The notes under the pieces are model-generated. The model had not been told where the DNA came from. It ran no database searches and saw only the letters and a program-made list of their open reading frames with translations. Below, piece by piece: positions 62,243 through 64,000 of a stretch of DNA of 64,000 bases (position 1 is the first letter of the stretch; the number at the start of each line of letters is the position of its first letter). The stretch is taken from assembly GCA_030390025.1 (NCBI GenBank), contig CM059438.1, positions 63,800,001 to 63,864,000 of the forward strand. Reading direction: 5' to 3'. This DNA is from Squalus acanthias (taxonomy: Eukaryota). The translations under genes were made by a program, and so were the position numbers.

Positions 62243-63367
62243 TGTAGAATTCGCAAAATTATCGCGATTTTATAATAATGAGAAGGAGACATAAAGTTTC
62301 GTATAAACAGCTTTATTTCAGCAAAATGCTGTCATGTTTCAAAAGGGACACAAACAGCCTGTAAAATGGCCACCACGCCTCGTGGCAGAAGGTTCTAGAC
62401 TTTCAGTAGGCAGACAAGATGGCGTTTCAATAAACATTTCAGCAAGATCGGACAGGACTCAGCATATTGGAGATAATGACAAGACACGAGGGGTTTGCAT
62501 TTTAAACATAAATACTGGAATCGGTTTTCCAGGTACAAACAAGAGCTATTGTACTGGGCAATCAAGGACCCATCCAAAGACATTGATATGCAAATTCCCC
62601 ACGGCTCTACGATGAGAGAGCAGTTCGCGGGTACTCACAGCAAGAATTTGGAAGCCCCCAAAACCCCTCCAGGGAGACTCATAGCCGGTTCCACAATAGG
62701 AGAAATATTAACGGGTACTCAGACAGTTACAAGTATCACCGAAACCCATTAACGACAAGTACCACCCCATACAAGAAGTTTGAGCGCCAATACATGACAA
62801 AGATGAACATTTAGATTGGGCGGGTGAAAGGGTTAATTTGGAATGGTCAAATTCAATTTCTACACAATTTGCAATAAAACCATGAGCAGTGAAGGTTTTG
62901 CAAATTGAGACAAGGAATAGATAAGCTTACAGCTGCCAGACAGATTTTTGAGGGAGGGTTCAGTGTTTAATAAACGGTATTGAAAGAGGCCTTTTACAGA
63001 GTTAGCTAGAGACCGTAGGCACGGTGCCAATCACAGATAACATACAGTAGTAAACCGTGGGATTAGACTATGCTCAAAAAGGTGTAACAAGATGTAACTG
63101 CTTTTATGATTATTGCCAAATAAATATAGATAAAGGCAAAATATAATCAGGTGATTAATGTAATACCATATAATTGGACGAAAATCGATGTATGATGGCA
63201 TGTAGCCAGAAATATTGAATATAAGCTGTACTGAACAAAGGTTAAACGAGAAGGATGTTACAAAGGTCACGGGACCTTTTTGACTCCGGCTCCCAAAGTA
63301 CTTTGTCAATAAACTGTGTGTTTTTGAACTTCATCTAGGCTCTGAGAATCTTATTTTCTCCCCAACA
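62243..63367 (+). mobile_element. Probable ERV-type LTR (~1125 bp)
   Basis: TGTAG...CAACA termini; YY1-like AAAATGGC and AAGATGGCG; TATA-like motif at about 63220; AATAAA at 63308 followed by a GT-rich tract; abruptly truncates a SINE. No TSD or PBS found. Confidence 0.55.
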
Positions 63368-64000
63368 GCGGGAGATAAGGAACTACAGTACTATAAACTG
63401 TAGTGTCCAAACGTCCATCTCGCTCTTATTCTCTTGCCTGCTGACTCTTATCCTCTGGCTGTTCATCGTGCTTTTTTTTTCTTTACCACCGACTGGAGCT
63501 CTGGACTCTCATTCTCTGATCCGCTGATTTTCCCGGAGTCAACCTCGTGGCTTGCCGCGAAGATCTGTGGAGAACTGGTCTGCGAAGGCCTGGAAGCGGG
63601 CGCACCATCCCGAGAAGTCGGTAAACGGTGTTGGAACCGAAGGCCCAAGAGGAGATGAGATGAGATGAGAAGAGAAGAAGACGACAACACGTATCGCCAC
63701 GGTCAGTAAGCCCCGACTGCGCCCGAAAATCGATTAACCACTTCTTTGAATTCTACCGACTTCTTCACAACTGGCTCAGGAAGACTCTTTTTCGAATTCT
63801 ACAGGTAACCGGTGTAGGGCACAGGAAGACTCTTCTTCGAGTGGTGTCCGAACTCCGAAGACCAACACAGATCTTCATGGCAGCAGACGGTCCAGCCTGC
63901 TAGCCGGAGCCGAAAGCGAGTAAACAAGTGGGGTACAGAGACCCCTGATCAACACGTGAATAGTCAGGTGCTGTGGCGAAAACATCCGAGCAGCGTTTTA

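Overview
Repeat-dense vertebrate DNA, almost certainly from a cartilaginous fish: it carries DeuSINE/SacSINE1-like SINEs and abundant CR1 LINEs. I cannot support any host protein-coding exon; nearly all ORFs in the track are repeat artefacts or decayed retroelement ORFs. Bases 1-11193 are a hairpin-forming 24-bp minisatellite. It lies inside the right terminal inverted repeat (TIR) of a small hAT-like element with an 8-bp TSD, and has been amplified with the element's left end and flank into a 3.9-4.7 kb higher-order repeat. The rest is a mosaic of CR1, L2 and RTE LINE fragments, Deu-domain SINEs, Penelope-type termini with a minimal hammerhead ribozyme, a decayed Harbinger transposase and several structured Harbinger-type MITEs. 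It also holds a near full-length Tx1-clade LINE inserted into the tRNA-derived head of a SINE, and a probable ERV LTR near the right end. Family names come from my recall of motifs, not from database searches. Boundaries of old repeats are approximate.
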